Shown here piece by piece: positions 41,404 through 51,398 of a DNA stretch of 64,000 bases. The stretch's first letter is position 1. Each line of letters starts with the position of its first letter. The notes beneath the pieces are model-generated. The model saw nothing but the letters and a program-made list of their open reading frames with translations, did not search any database and was not told where the DNA came from. The DNA is from Myxococcales bacterium (GTDB lineage: Bacteria > Myxococcota_A > Polyangia > Polyangiales > DASUME01): positions 9,024,001-9,088,000 of the forward strand of contig JASGJH010000001.1 of the NCBI GenBank assembly GCA_047601445.1, read 5' to 3'. Made by a program: the position numbers and the translations under genes.

Positions 41404-42645
41404 GTGCGGCGGCTCTCACGATGGTCCCTGCCAGTCGGACTCGCAATCGCGGCCTGCGGGCTGTGGTTGTGGTCGCGGCAAGCTTTGCCCGTGCGAACGC
41501 CCCCGTTGGCTGCGCAGGAGGGCGCCGCGCCGACCCAGCTCGATCCGGCACTGCTCTATCCCAAAGTCGATCCCCCTTCCGGCATCGTGGCCGACTTGGT
41601 GCCCGTGGCGCGAGGGTTCGAACGTCCGCTCGAAATCGTCTCCGTTCCGGGCACACTCGACACCGCGCTGGTGCTCGAGCAAGCCGGACGCGTCTTTCGC
41701 GTCTCGCTCGGCTCGGGTGAGGTGACGTTTTGGTTCAGCGTTCCAGTGGACGCGAGCGCCTACGAGCGAGGTCTGCTCGGCGCGGCCTTTCACCCAGATT
41801 TTCTCGAGAGCGGCCGCCTCTTCTTCAACTACACCGTAGCCCGCGCGAACAAGAGCTTTAGCGTGGTCTCAGAGTGGCGCGTGTCCGATCCCAAGCAGCC
41901 CTTCGAGAAGCCGGCGCACATGGTCGGGGAGGTCCTGCAGCTCGAGCAACCCTTCCCGAACCACAACGGGGGCTGTCTGCGCTTCGGTCCGGACGGCATG
42001 CTCTACATCGGCTTCGGCGACGGCGGAGCCGCCAATGATTTGCTCAAGGAGGGCCAGGACGGCCGCAACTGGCTCGGATCCATGTTGCGCATCGACGTCG
42101 ACGGCGAGGCGCCCTATCAGGTCCCCGCGGACAATCCGTTTCTCGGCCGTGCCGACATGTTGCCCGAGACCTTCGCCATCGGCCTACGCAACCCATGGCG
42201 CTACACGTTCGCACCTGACGGTCGCTTGATCGTCGCCGACGTGGGACAGCAAGACTGGGAAGAGCTCGACATCCTGCTGCCCGGGGACAACCTGGGCTGG
42301 AGTCTCATGGAGGGCGCGAACTGCTTTCATGGGACCCAGTGCGATCAGCGCGGGCTGCGTTTGCCGTTCCATGTTTACGGCCACGACATGGGACAGAGCA
42401 TCACCGGCGGCGAGGTGGTGCTCGCGGAGGGGCCCCTGCGCGGGCTCTACGTTTTCGGTGATTTCTTGAGCGGACGCCTGTGGGCCGTGCGCCTCCCGGC
42501 GCAGCCCGACACCCCGATGAAACCGGTCGCGCTCGGGCAGTTCGCGGTCCACCCGAGCAGCTTCGGCCGCGATCCGGAGGGGCGCCTGTATCTGGCCGGC
42601 TACGTGGAAGGCGTGATCTACCGGCTGGACGTCCGCTCGCTCTGA
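41404..42645 (+). CDS. PQQ-dependent sugar dehydrogenase (GSDH/sorbosone, beta-propeller)
   Basis: ERGLLGAAFHPDF, NHNGGCLRFGPDGMLYIGFGDGG, PADNPF, GLRNPWR, ADVGQ; start could be 41371. Confidence 0.92.
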   Translation: MRRLSRWSLPVGLAIAACGLWLWSRQALPVRTPPLAAQEGAAPTQLDPALLYPKVDPPSGIVADLVPVARGFERPLEIVSVPGTLDTALVLEQAGRVFRVSLGSGEVTFWFSVPVDASAYERGLLGAAFHPDFLESGRLFFNYTVARANKSFSVVSEWRVSDPKQPFEKPAHMVGEVLQLEQPFPNHNGGCLRFGPDGMLYIGFGDGGAANDLLKEGQDGRNWLGSMLRIDVDGEAPYQVPADNPFLGRADMLPETFAIGLRNPWRYTFAPDGRLIVADVGQQDWEELDILLPGDNLGWSLMEGANCFHGTQCDQRGLRLPFHVYGHDMGQSITGGEVVLAEGPLRGLYVFGDFLSGRLWAVRLPAQPDTPMKPVALGQFAVHPSSFGRDPEGRLYLAGYVEGVIYRLDVRSL

Positions 42646-42721
42646 GCTCGGTGGGCGCGCACAGGAATGGGGGCAGCGGACACCCATCGAAGAAGCGCAT
42701 CGCGTCGCGTACACTGGGCGC

Positions 42722-43333
42722 GTGCGTTGGCTGCGGACCCTCCTGGCGTCGTTCGGAACGAGTGCGCTGGTCGCGGCGCCCCTCGCTGCGCAGGACACCG
42801 CACAAGAGCAGGCTGATAGCGGGGAGGAGCGAGAGCTCGACGTGGCGACGTCGCGTACCTACGTCAATGCGCGCGTGGGACTCGCGAGCACCGACGAGAA
42901 CGGCATGCCCGAGGTCTGCATGGAGGGCGCACCGCTTGCCTACTTGAGCGTGGAGGCCTGCGGGACGGGCGCGCAGCTCTGGCACAACCGTCCGCAGCCC
43001 GAGATGTCGCACTACCGGGTCAAGGGCCGCGTGCTCTCCCATGCCCTGCGTGGGTTTTGGCTGCAGGGCTTCGTGGGCGTAGGCATGGCCGAGCTCTCGG
43101 TCGGGGCGGATGACCCGGGCTTCGCGCTACGCGGCGTGTCGGCCGAGCGCACCTCGACCGCGGGCGCCGAGCTCACGTTGTCGACACGCGCCCTGATCCC
43201 GCTCAAGCGAGGCTTCGACTTGCTCGGCGACCTGGCGGTGGCCGGCGCCTATCTACCCCATGCGGACGAGCTGTTCGTGTCGCGCTTGGTATTCCAGCCG
43301 AGCTTCTCGCTCTCACTGGGGGTCGGCTTTTGA
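42722..43333 (+). CDS. Hypothetical small outer-membrane beta-barrel protein
   Basis: Signal peptide (LAA/Q), amphipathic strands, C-terminal SLSLGVGF ending in Phe. Confidence 0.65.
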   Translation: MRWLRTLLASFGTSALVAAPLAAQDTAQEQADSGEERELDVATSRTYVNARVGLASTDENGMPEVCMEGAPLAYLSVEACGTGAQLWHNRPQPEMSHYRVKGRVLSHALRGFWLQGFVGVGMAELSVGADDPGFALRGVSAERTSTAGAELTLSTRALIPLKRGFDLLGDLAVAGAYLPHADELFVSRLVFQPSFSLSLGVGF

Positions 43334-43372
43334 ACGAGCGCGGCGCGCTTCGTCACGCCCGTTGGTGCGGCC

Positions 43373-43963
43373 TTACTTGTTGAGCTCGAGCTTGATGTTG
43401 AGCGTGATCTCGTCGCCCACCACGAGTCCGCCGGTCTCGAGCGCCTTGCTGAACGATACGCCGAACTCCTGGCGGTTGAGCTTGCCCTTCACCTTCACGC
43501 CGCGGACCTGCTTGCCCCAGGGATTGGTGATGGGGTTGCTCAGCTCCACGTCGAGCGTCACGGGCTTGGTCACGCCGTGCATCGTGAGATCGCCCGTCAC
43601 TTTGAAGGCCTTGCCCGCCTTCTTGATCTTGGTGGACTTGAAGGTGATCTGCGGGAACTTCGCCGCGTCGAAGAAGTCCGGGCTCTTGAGGTGCTTGTCG
43701 CGGTCGGCATTGTTGGTGTCGACGCTGTTGACGTCGATCGTGAGCTCCACCGTGCTCTTGCTGAGGTCCGCCTCGTCCAGCAGCACCTTGCCGTTCGCGG
43801 TGTGGAACTCGCCTTCGACCTCGGACACCACCATGTGCGGCGCCAGGAACCCAAAGCGCGAATGCGCGGAGTCGATGGTCCACTCGCTGGTCTCGGCCAG
43901 CGCGGGCAGTGCGAGCAGGGAAGACAAGAGGGCAAAGCTAGACAACGTTTTACGGCTCTTCAT
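43373..43963 (-). CDS. YceI family protein
   Basis: WTIDSAHS, VDTNNADRDKHLKSPDFFD, GDLTMHGVTKPV; AGGAG SD. Confidence 0.95.
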   Translation of the reverse strand: MKSRKTLSSFALLSSLLALPALAETSEWTIDSAHSRFGFLAPHMVVSEVEGEFHTANGKVLLDEADLSKSTVELTIDVNSVDTNNADRDKHLKSPDFFDAAKFPQITFKSTKIKKAGKAFKVTGDLTMHGVTKPVTLDVELSNPITNPWGKQVRGVKVKGKLNRQEFGVSFSKALETGGLVVGDEITLNIKLELNK

Positions 43964-44044
43964 CGAAACTCTCCTATTGAGGCACCCTCGTTCCGGGCGC
44001 CCTCGAGTAGTCCCAGCCTAAGACGCCGGCGCTGGTTCACAAGG

Positions 44045-44083
44045 TTGTCAATCGGAATATCACCGTGTAGTTTTAGTTGACAA
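44045..44083. promoter_or_regulatory. Inverted repeat TTGTCAA..TTGACAA in the divergent yceI/LysR promoter
   Basis: TTGTCAA 44045-44051 and TTGACAA 44077-44083 flank an AT-rich core. Confidence 0.45.
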
Positions 44084-44988
44084 TGCTGGACGAGCTGCGC
44101 GGCCTATTGGTGTTTGCCCACGTGGTGGATGCGCGCAGTTTCTCGGCGGCTGCCAAGCGCCTCAACATCACCAAGAGCGCCGTCAGCAAGCACATCCAGC
44201 AGCTCGAGGAGCGCCTCGGCGTGCAGCTGCTCGTGCGCACCACGCGCAAGCTCTCGCTCACCGAGGTGGGCGAGCGGGTCTACGCCGCCAGCGTGGGCAT
44301 CCGCGACAGCGCCGAGATCGCCCAGGAGGCCGCCTCGAGCCACGCCGGAACCATCACGGGCACCCTGCGCCTCACCGCGCCCTCCATGCTCGGCCGCAAG
44401 TACGTGGTGCCCGTGGTCACCGAGTTCATGGAGCGGCACCCAGGCCTACGGGTGGAGCTCTTGTTCACCGACGCCTTCGTCGATCTGGTCGCCGAGCGCA
44501 TCGACGTGGCCCTGCGCGGCGGGCGCCTCGTGGACCCTGGCCTGGTCGCGCGGCGCCTGGTGCGAGTGCCCGTCCCGATCTGCGCCTCCCCGCGCTACCT
44601 GGCCCAGCATGGCCACCCCAAGACTCCGCTCGAACTCGCCAAGCACGAGTGGATTCACCATCTTCCGAGCCGCGAGCCCAACCGCCTCACGCTGCACAAG
44701 GGCCGGCGCTCCGTGACCATCAACCTCGAGGGCCGGCTCACCTCGAACGACGGCGCAGCGAGCCTACAGGCAGCGGTCAGCGGCTTCGGCATCATGGCGG
44801 CGCCTTTGTTCGAGCTCAGCGACGAAGTCCGCTCCAAGCAACTGGTTCCGCTGCTTACAGATTGGCGCCACGACGACGTGCTCGTGCAGGCGGTGTTTCC
44901 GCCCCGGCGGCACGTGTCGGCCAAGGTACGCGGCTTCGTGGATTTCATCGCGGCGCGCTGGAACAAGGCCCCCTGGGCCCTCACCTGA
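44083..44988 (+). CDS. LysR family regulator (CrgA/DmlR-like)
   Basis: FSAAAKRLNITKSAVSKHIQQLEERLGVQLLVRTTRKLSLTEVG; VDLVAERIDVALR; divergent from yceI. Confidence 0.96.
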   Translation: MLDELRGLLVFAHVVDARSFSAAAKRLNITKSAVSKHIQQLEERLGVQLLVRTTRKLSLTEVGERVYAASVGIRDSAEIAQEAASSHAGTITGTLRLTAPSMLGRKYVVPVVTEFMERHPGLRVELLFTDAFVDLVAERIDVALRGGRLVDPGLVARRLVRVPVPICASPRYLAQHGHPKTPLELAKHEWIHHLPSREPNRLTLHKGRRSVTINLEGRLTSNDGAASLQAAVSGFGIMAAPLFELSDEVRSKQLVPLLTDWRHDDVLVQAVFPPRRHVSAKVRGFVDFIAARWNKAPWALT

Positions 44989-45088
44989 GGGGACGTCGCG
45001 ACGATTTGCGGTTACCGCCGTTCTGGCCCAGTATCAACCGGATCCCGCGGGCGCAGATACGCTCGAGGCCCCACTCCAGTAAAAGCCG

Positions 45089-46303
45089 ATGCCGTTCTCG
45101 ATCCTTCCACCCCCCATCACGCCCCTGGCGGCGATCCTCCCCTCGGAACCCTTGCTCCTGATGGGCGCCGGTCCGGTGCCGATCCCACAGGCCGTCGCGC
45201 AGGCCAACGGGGTCATCATCAATCACCTCGGGCCCACCATGGACCGCGTGGTGCAAAACGTGAAGAGCATGGCGGCCTACGCGTTCCAGACGCGTAGCGA
45301 CAAGATCATGGGCCTGGCGGGCCCGGCTTCCGCGGCCATGGAGATGGCGGTCAGCAACCTGTGCTGGCCCGGCCGCAAAGTGCTGTGCCTGAAGAGCGGG
45401 ACCTTCAGCGGACGCCTCGGCGAGATGGCCCAGGGCGTCGGCGCCGACGTCACGTTCCTGGAGAGCGCGGTGGGCCGCCCCGTCACGCTCGAGCAGGTGC
45501 GCGAGGCGCTCAAGAAGGCCCGCTTCGACGTGATCACCATGGCCCACGGCGAGACCTCCTGCGGCGTGAAGATCGTGGAGCTCGCCGAGATTTGTAAGCT
45601 CGCGAAGGAGCACGGCGCGCTCACCATCGTGGACTCGGTGGTCACGCTCACCGCGATGCCCGTGCACATGGACGACTGGGGCATCGACGTCGGAGTCACC
45701 GGCGGTCAGAAGGCGCTGTCCTCCATTCCGGGCGTTTCCTTGTGCGCGTTCTCCGCGGACGCCTGGCGCGCCGTGGAGGCCCACCCCGGGCCGCGTCCGC
45801 ACTGGTGCTACGACGCGCTGCGCGCGCATCGTTTCTGGGGCTTCCAGCAGTATCACTACACCGCGCCCGTGCCGGGCGTGCTCGCGCTGCACGAGGCGCT
45901 GCGCCTGGTGGCCGATGAGACCCTCCAACGGCGCTTCCGTCGCCACGAGATGAGCTCGCTGGCGTTGCAGGCGGGCCTCGAAGCCATGGGCCTCGAGCTG
46001 TTTGCCCCCAAGGACGTGCGGCTCAACAGCGTGATCGCGATCACGCTGCCCACGGGCGTGGATAGTGCGCGCGTGCGGGAGTACATGACCAAGGCCTTCC
46101 GCGTGGAGATCAGCGGCGCCTTCGGCCTCAACATCGTGCGTATCGGGCAGATGGGCGAGCAGTGTCGCTCGCACAACCTGTTCAAGACGCTGTACGCCCT
46201 GGGCATGAGCTTCCAGCGCGAGGGCGTGAAGCTCGACGTCGCGAACGGCATGGCCGCGCTGGAGCAAGGCCTGGCCGGCGACCGCGACTACTTCGTGGAC
46301 TGA
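45089..46303 (+). CDS. Alanine--glyoxylate aminotransferase family (class V PLP enzyme)
   Basis: LMGAGPVP, AHGETSCG, TGGQKAL (PLP Lys), YHYTAP, RIGQMG. Confidence 0.93.
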   Translation: MPFSILPPPITPLAAILPSEPLLLMGAGPVPIPQAVAQANGVIINHLGPTMDRVVQNVKSMAAYAFQTRSDKIMGLAGPASAAMEMAVSNLCWPGRKVLCLKSGTFSGRLGEMAQGVGADVTFLESAVGRPVTLEQVREALKKARFDVITMAHGETSCGVKIVELAEICKLAKEHGALTIVDSVVTLTAMPVHMDDWGIDVGVTGGQKALSSIPGVSLCAFSADAWRAVEAHPGPRPHWCYDALRAHRFWGFQQYHYTAPVPGVLALHEALRLVADETLQRRFRRHEMSSLALQAGLEAMGLELFAPKDVRLNSVIAITLPTGVDSARVREYMTKAFRVEISGAFGLNIVRIGQMGEQCRSHNLFKTLYALGMSFQREGVKLDVANGMAALEQGLAGDRDYFVD

Positions 46304-46791
46304 TCGCGCTCCGAGCGGGTGCGTCCGAACACCCCCAGCTCGAGCCCCGCACAGAGCAGCTGACCCAGCTCCTCGCATTGCGTGAGCTGCTCGGGTAAGA
46401 GGTCGCCCACCGCCAGGATGGGGTCGGCTACCAGCTCGAAGCCGTAACCCTTGGCGATGCGCTGGACGGCGGCGCTGGCGAAGGTGCCGTCGTTGCTCGC
46501 CTTGACCAGCAGGGCGTAGGGCAAGCGCGTGACGCGGCCTTCGGCCGGATAAAAGGTGCGGTCGAAGAAGTCTTTGACTGCACCGGCCATGTAGCCGAAG
46601 TTTTCGGGTGTCGCGACCGCCAGGGCATCACACCACAAGAGGTCCTCGAGCGTGGCCTGGGTCCCGTGCAGAGTCCGCAGCTCGGCCGCCGGATCGCTGC
46701 GTACGCCGCGCTCCAGGGCCTCGACCATCTGGCGAGTGCCGCCGCTCTGCGAGGCATAGACGATCAGGATCCGGCGCGCGCGCTCGCCCAT
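46288..46791 (-). CDS. Flavodoxin family protein
   Basis: ILIVYASQSGGT, ATPENFGYMAGAVKDFFDR. Confidence 0.9.
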   Translation of the reverse strand: MGERARRILIVYASQSGGTRQMVEALERGVRSDPAAELRTLHGTQATLEDLLWCDALAVATPENFGYMAGAVKDFFDRTFYPAEGRVTRLPYALLVKASNDGTFASAAVQRIAKGYGFELVADPILAVGDLLPEQLTQCEELGQLLCAGLELGVFGRTRSERDQSTK

Positions 46792-46885
46792 GCCCGTGAG
46801 CTTACGATCTTGGGCGCGCAAAGGGTGGGGGCTTCGTGGTAAGCGGACGAACTGGGTGGTGCTGAACACGAGGGAGGCGCGCGAG

Positions 46886-47641
46886 ATGAGTGCTTCGATA
46901 CGAGAGCGGGTGAGCCCCGAGGAGTGGGCGCTGCGTGTGGACCTGGCCGCGGCCTATCGTTTGGTGGCGCGCTTCGGCTGGGACGACCTGGTGTTCACGC
47001 ATCTGTCGGCACGCGTGCCGGGCGAGGGGCACCACTTCTTGATCAACCCTTACGGCATGCTGTTCGAGGAGATCACGGCATCGAGTCTGGTCAAGATCGA
47101 CCTCGGCGGGACGCCGGTGCTCGATACGCCCTACAAGGTGAATCCAGCGGGCTTCACCATTCACAGCGCCATCCACGAGGCGCGCGGCGATGCCCACTGC
47201 GTGATGCACACGCATTCGCTCAACGGCGTGGCGGTGTCGGCGCAGGCAGGCGGCGTGCTTCCGCTCTCGCAGCAGTCCATCTTCGTGTTGGCCTCGCTCG
47301 GCTACCACGACTACGAAGGCGTGGCGTTGAACGACGACGAGCGTCCGCGCCTGGTGCGCGACCTGGGGAGCAAGCACTACTTGATGCTGCGCAACCACGG
47401 GCTCTTGACGGTGGCGAGCAGCATCCCCGACGCGTTCCTCTTCATGTACCTGTTCGAGGCGACCTGCACCATCCAGCTGCGGGCACAGGCGGGTGGCGGG
47501 GAGCTGGTCCACGTGCCGAGCCAGATCATCGAAGGCGCCGCGGCGCAGGCCAAGCAGGTCACGCGCGGTGCAGGCGGTGCGCTCGCGTGGCCGGGGCTGT
47601 TGCGAAAGCTCGATCGGGTCGATCCGTCGTTTCGAGAGTGA
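46886..47641 (+). CDS. Class II aldolase/adducin family protein
   Basis: RVDLAAAYRL, THLSAR, EEITASSLVK, GFTIHSAIH, MHTH, LRNHG; GGGAGG SD. Confidence 0.95.
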   Translation: MSASIRERVSPEEWALRVDLAAAYRLVARFGWDDLVFTHLSARVPGEGHHFLINPYGMLFEEITASSLVKIDLGGTPVLDTPYKVNPAGFTIHSAIHEARGDAHCVMHTHSLNGVAVSAQAGGVLPLSQQSIFVLASLGYHDYEGVALNDDERPRLVRDLGSKHYLMLRNHGLLTVASSIPDAFLFMYLFEATCTIQLRAQAGGGELVHVPSQIIEGAAAQAKQVTRGAGGALAWPGLLRKLDRVDPSFRE

Positions 47642-47653
47642 GGAGCAGGAGTC

Positions 47654-48448
47654 ATGAGCAGGTTGGAAGGCAAGCGAGCGATCATCACGGGGGCCGCCAG
47701 CGGCATCGGACGGGCTTCGGCGCTGCTGTTCGCGGAGCGCGGGGCGCAGCTCGTGATCTCGGACGTCAACGCGGAGGGGCTCGGAGAGACGGTCGCCCTG
47801 GTATGCGGCGCAACACCCGGCGCTGAGGTGAAGGCGAGCGTGGGTGACGCCGCGGACCCCAACCACGTGGTGGAGCTGGTCGGTAGCTGCAGCGAAGCCT
47901 ACGGCGTGCCGAATGTGTTCTTCGCGAATGCGGGCATCGGCGGCATGCGCGGGTTGATGGAAGAGGGTCTCGACGAGTGGCAGCGCATTCTGCGCGTGAA
48001 CTTGCTGGGGCCGGTGGTGGCTATTCAGACGGTGGCGCCCGTGATGGCGAGCGCGGGGGGTGGTTCCATCGTGCTCACCGCGTCCGTGGCGGGGTTGCGC
48101 TCGGGGGCGGGCTCCTCGGCCTACAGTGCGAGCAAGGCCGGGGTCGTGAGCCTCGCGCAGACCGCCGCCTGCCAGCTCGCTGCCAAACAGGTTCGCGTCA
48201 ACGCCATCTGTCCCGGGTTGATCGAGACCGGCATGACGAAGCCCCTGCTCCAGGCGGCGCGTGAGGCGGGGAAGGGCGACAAGATCGGCAAGCACAACCC
48301 CATGCGGCGCGCCGCTCAGCCGCGCGAGATCGCCACCATGGCGGCCTACCTGGCCAGCGACGACAGCAGCTTCATGACGGGCCAAGCCGTGGTGGTGGAC
48401 GGCGGCATGAGTGCGACCCACCCGTTCACGCACGGGCGGGTAATCTGA
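47654..48448 (+). CDS. Short-chain dehydrogenase/reductase
   Basis: ITGAASGIG, ANAG, YSASK, RVNAICPG, VVDGG. Confidence 0.95.
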   Translation: MSRLEGKRAIITGAASGIGRASALLFAERGAQLVISDVNAEGLGETVALVCGATPGAEVKASVGDAADPNHVVELVGSCSEAYGVPNVFFANAGIGGMRGLMEEGLDEWQRILRVNLLGPVVAIQTVAPVMASAGGGSIVLTASVAGLRSGAGSSAYSASKAGVVSLAQTAACQLAAKQVRVNAICPGLIETGMTKPLLQAAREAGKGDKIGKHNPMRRAAQPREIATMAAYLASDDSSFMTGQAVVVDGGMSATHPFTHGRVI

Positions 48449-48550
48449 GAGAGAGAGTCGGGAGAGCGCGCACGCGCACGACTACGTCTCGCGAGGACGA
48501 AGACGAGGATGAATGCGGGCGCGCGGAACTGAGCTGGGGTTGGAGGCAGC

Positions 48551-51367
48551 TCAGTTCGCTACGATGTTCACGAGCTTGCCTGGCACCACGACCACCTTGC
48601 GGACGGTCTTGCCTGCGATCAGCTCCTGCACCTTGGCGTCGGCCAGCGCGAACTTCTCGAGCTCCTCTGCGCTCAGCTCGGCGGGGACCACGATGCGGTG
48701 GCGGACCTTGCCCATGATCTGCACGGGTACTTCCACGCTGTCGTCGCGCAGGAGCGCATCGTCGTAGCTCGGCCAGCTCGCGAGGCTCACGCAGCCCGGC
48801 ATCTCGAGCTTGCTCCAGAGTTCCTCGGACATGTGGGGCGCGAACGGCGCCAAGACGCGCGTGAATCGCTCGGCTTGGCTCTTGCTCAGCCCGCCCGCCG
48901 TGGTGCCCGCATTCACCAAGCCGATCAGGGCTGCGATGGCCGTGTTGAAAGCCAGCCGCTCCACGTCGCCCTCGACCTTGGCGATGGTGCGGTGCAGCTG
49001 CTTCTCCACCTCGGGATTGTCCGCCGCGCTGAGGGTGAGCTCGCCCGTCTCCTCGTTGACCATCAAGCGCCACGCGCGCTGCAAGAAGCGCAGGAGGCCA
49101 CCGATGTCGCGGGTGTTCCAGGGCTTACTCGCCTCCAGCGGACCCATGTACATCTCGTACAGGCGGAACGTGTCGGCGCCGAAGCTCGCGATGACGTCGT
49201 CCGGGTTGATCACGTTCTTCAGACTCTTCGACATCTTGGCCGTGATCTGCGCGACCGACTCGCCGGTTGCAGTCTCGATGTACTGCCCCTCGCCACGCTC
49301 CTCCACCATATCCACCGCCACCAGCGACTTGTCCGCGCGCTGATAGGCGAAGCTCATGATCAGCCCCTGATGGAACAGCTTCTTGAACGGCTCGGGCGAG
49401 CTCACGTGTCCCAGGTCGTGCAGCGCCTGGTGCCAAAAGCGGGAGTACAGGAGGTGCAGCACCGCGTGCTCGGCGCCACCCACGTAGAAGTCCACGCCTT
49501 CTCCGAGCCAGTAGGCCTCCACGTCCTTGTCGATCAACGCCTGATCGTTCTTGGGATCGGCGTAGCGCAGGAAGTACCAGCAGGAGCCCGCCCAACCCGG
49601 CATGGTGTTGGTCTCGCGCGTCATCGGAGCGTCCGCCGGCAGCTCGGAGATGCCGCAGGCGCCGGCCGTGGTCTGCACCCAGTCGCGGGCCTTGGCCAAG
49701 AGCGGCTTGGGCTCGTCGCTCTCTTCGGGCTGATAGTCCTGCAGCTCCGGCAAGGTCAGGGGCAGCTTGCTCTCGGCGAGCGCGTAGTGATTGCCCTCGG
49801 CGTCGTAGGCGATGGGGAAGGGCTCCCCCCAGTAGCGCTGACGGCTGAACAGCCAGTCACGCAGCTTGGTGTTGTGCTTCTTTTTGCCGAGTCCGCGCTG
49901 CTCGAGCCAGGCGGTGATCACGCGCTTGGCCTCGGGCGTGGGCAGGCCATTCAGGCTCACCTCGGGGTTGGCGGAGTTCACGTTCTTGCCGTCGTCGCTG
50001 AAGCACCCTGCGGGCTGCGAGCCATCGGCGGGCACCACCACTTCGCGGATGGGCAAGCCGAACACGGTGGCGAACTCGTGGTCGCGCTCGTCGTGCGCAG
50101 GCACGGCCATGATGGCACCGGTGCCGTATCCCATCAGCACGTAGTCGGCGACCCACACGGGCACGCGCTCGCCACTCACCGGGTTGAGTGCGTAGACGCC
50201 GGTGAACACACCGGTCTTTTCCTTGCTCTGCTGACGCTCGAGATCGCTGCGGTTGCGCGCCGCGCTCACGTAGCTCGAGAGCGTGTCGCGGTCGGTCTCG
50301 GCCAGCGGGGCTTTCAACACCGCATCCACCAGGGGATGCTCGGGCGCCACCACCATGTAGGTCGCTCCGAACAACGTGTCCGGACGCGTCGTGAAGACGC
50401 GCAGGCCCGCGTGCTCGCCCACCGGCTCCACCAGAGCGAAGGACACCTCTGCGCCCACGCTGTGGCCGATCCAGGTGGCCTGCTTGGCGATGGTGGACTC
50501 CGGCCAATCCAGACCGTCGAGCCCCTTCAACAGCCGCTGCCCGTAGGCCGTGATGCGGAACAACCACTGCTTGAGCGGCTTGCGCAGCACGGGGAAGCCG
50601 CCGCGCTCGCTGCGCCCGTCGATGACCTCTTCGTTGGCCAGTGCGGTGCCGAGCTTGGGACACCAGTTCACGGTCTGCTCGGCCAGGTAGGCCAGGCGAT
50701 AGCTGTTCACGATGGCGCGCTTGGTACTCGCATCCACGCTCTGCCAGCTGCCGAACTTACGGGCCTTGGCCTCGGCGTTCACTTCGCTCGCATCCGCGTT
50801 GAAGCCCACCGGGCGCTGGCCCGACTCGAACTCCCGGATCAGCTCGCCGATGGGCCGTGCGCGCTGGGCCTCCACGTCGAACCAGGCGTTGTAGATCTGC
50901 ACGAAGATCCACTGGGTCCACTTGTAGTAACCGGGGTCGATGGTGCCGAACTCACGGCTCCAGTCGTAGCTGAACCCGAAGCGCTTGAGCTGGCGCCGGA
51001 AGTTGTCGATGGCCTTGCGCGTGGTGATGGCCGGATGCACGCCGGTCTGAATCGCGTACTGCTCGGCCGGCAAACCGAAGGCGTCCCAGCCCATGGGATG
51101 CAGCACGTTGATGCCGCGCATGCGCTTGTAGCGCGAGAGGATATCGGTGGCCGTGTAGCCCTCGGGGTGCCCCACATGGAGGCCGGCACCGCTCGGGTAA
51201 GGAAACATATCGAGCGCGTAGAACTTGCCCTTCTTGGCGTCGAAGCCCGGCTCGCCCGGATTCGGCTGCCTGAAGGTCTGGTGCTCGTCCCAATACTTCT
51301 GCCAACGCGTCTCGATGTCGGCTGCAAGGGTGGCGTCGTAGCGGTGCTTCGGGATGTCGTCGGCCAT
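48551..51367 (-). CDS. leuS: Leucine--tRNA ligase
   Basis: MFPYPSGAGLHVGH, FTTRPDT, GTGAIMAVPAHD, RDWLFSRQRYWG, KMSKS. Confidence 0.99.
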   Translation of the reverse strand: MADDIPKHRYDATLAADIETRWQKYWDEHQTFRQPNPGEPGFDAKKGKFYALDMFPYPSGAGLHVGHPEGYTATDILSRYKRMRGINVLHPMGWDAFGLPAEQYAIQTGVHPAITTRKAIDNFRRQLKRFGFSYDWSREFGTIDPGYYKWTQWIFVQIYNAWFDVEAQRARPIGELIREFESGQRPVGFNADASEVNAEAKARKFGSWQSVDASTKRAIVNSYRLAYLAEQTVNWCPKLGTALANEEVIDGRSERGGFPVLRKPLKQWLFRITAYGQRLLKGLDGLDWPESTIAKQATWIGHSVGAEVSFALVEPVGEHAGLRVFTTRPDTLFGATYMVVAPEHPLVDAVLKAPLAETDRDTLSSYVSAARNRSDLERQQSKEKTGVFTGVYALNPVSGERVPVWVADYVLMGYGTGAIMAVPAHDERDHEFATVFGLPIREVVVPADGSQPAGCFSDDGKNVNSANPEVSLNGLPTPEAKRVITAWLEQRGLGKKKHNTKLRDWLFSRQRYWGEPFPIAYDAEGNHYALAESKLPLTLPELQDYQPEESDEPKPLLAKARDWVQTTAGACGISELPADAPMTRETNTMPGWAGSCWYFLRYADPKNDQALIDKDVEAYWLGEGVDFYVGGAEHAVLHLLYSRFWHQALHDLGHVSSPEPFKKLFHQGLIMSFAYQRADKSLVAVDMVEERGEGQYIETATGESVAQITAKMSKSLKNVINPDDVIASFGADTFRLYEMYMGPLEASKPWNTRDIGGLLRFLQRAWRLMVNEETGELTLSAADNPEVEKQLHRTIAKVEGDVERLAFNTAIAALIGLVNAGTTAGGLSKSQAERFTRVLAPFAPHMSEELWSKLEMPGCVSLASWPSYDDALLRDDSVEVPVQIMGKVRHRIVVPAELSAEELEKFALADAKVQELIAGKTVRKVVVVPGKLVNIVAN

Positions 51368-51398
51368 GGGCCGCGGAGTCTACCCCTTTTTGGTCCGC

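Noticed and set aside
48449..48550. Low-complexity GA / GCAC-rich stretch between convergent genes as a REP or MITE
   Set aside because: No second copy in the window, no terminal inverted repeats or target duplication.
50690..50890. Insertion in the LeuRS N-terminal catalytic region
   Set aside because: Similar insertions occur in a known subtype of bacterial LeuRS; not unusual by itself.
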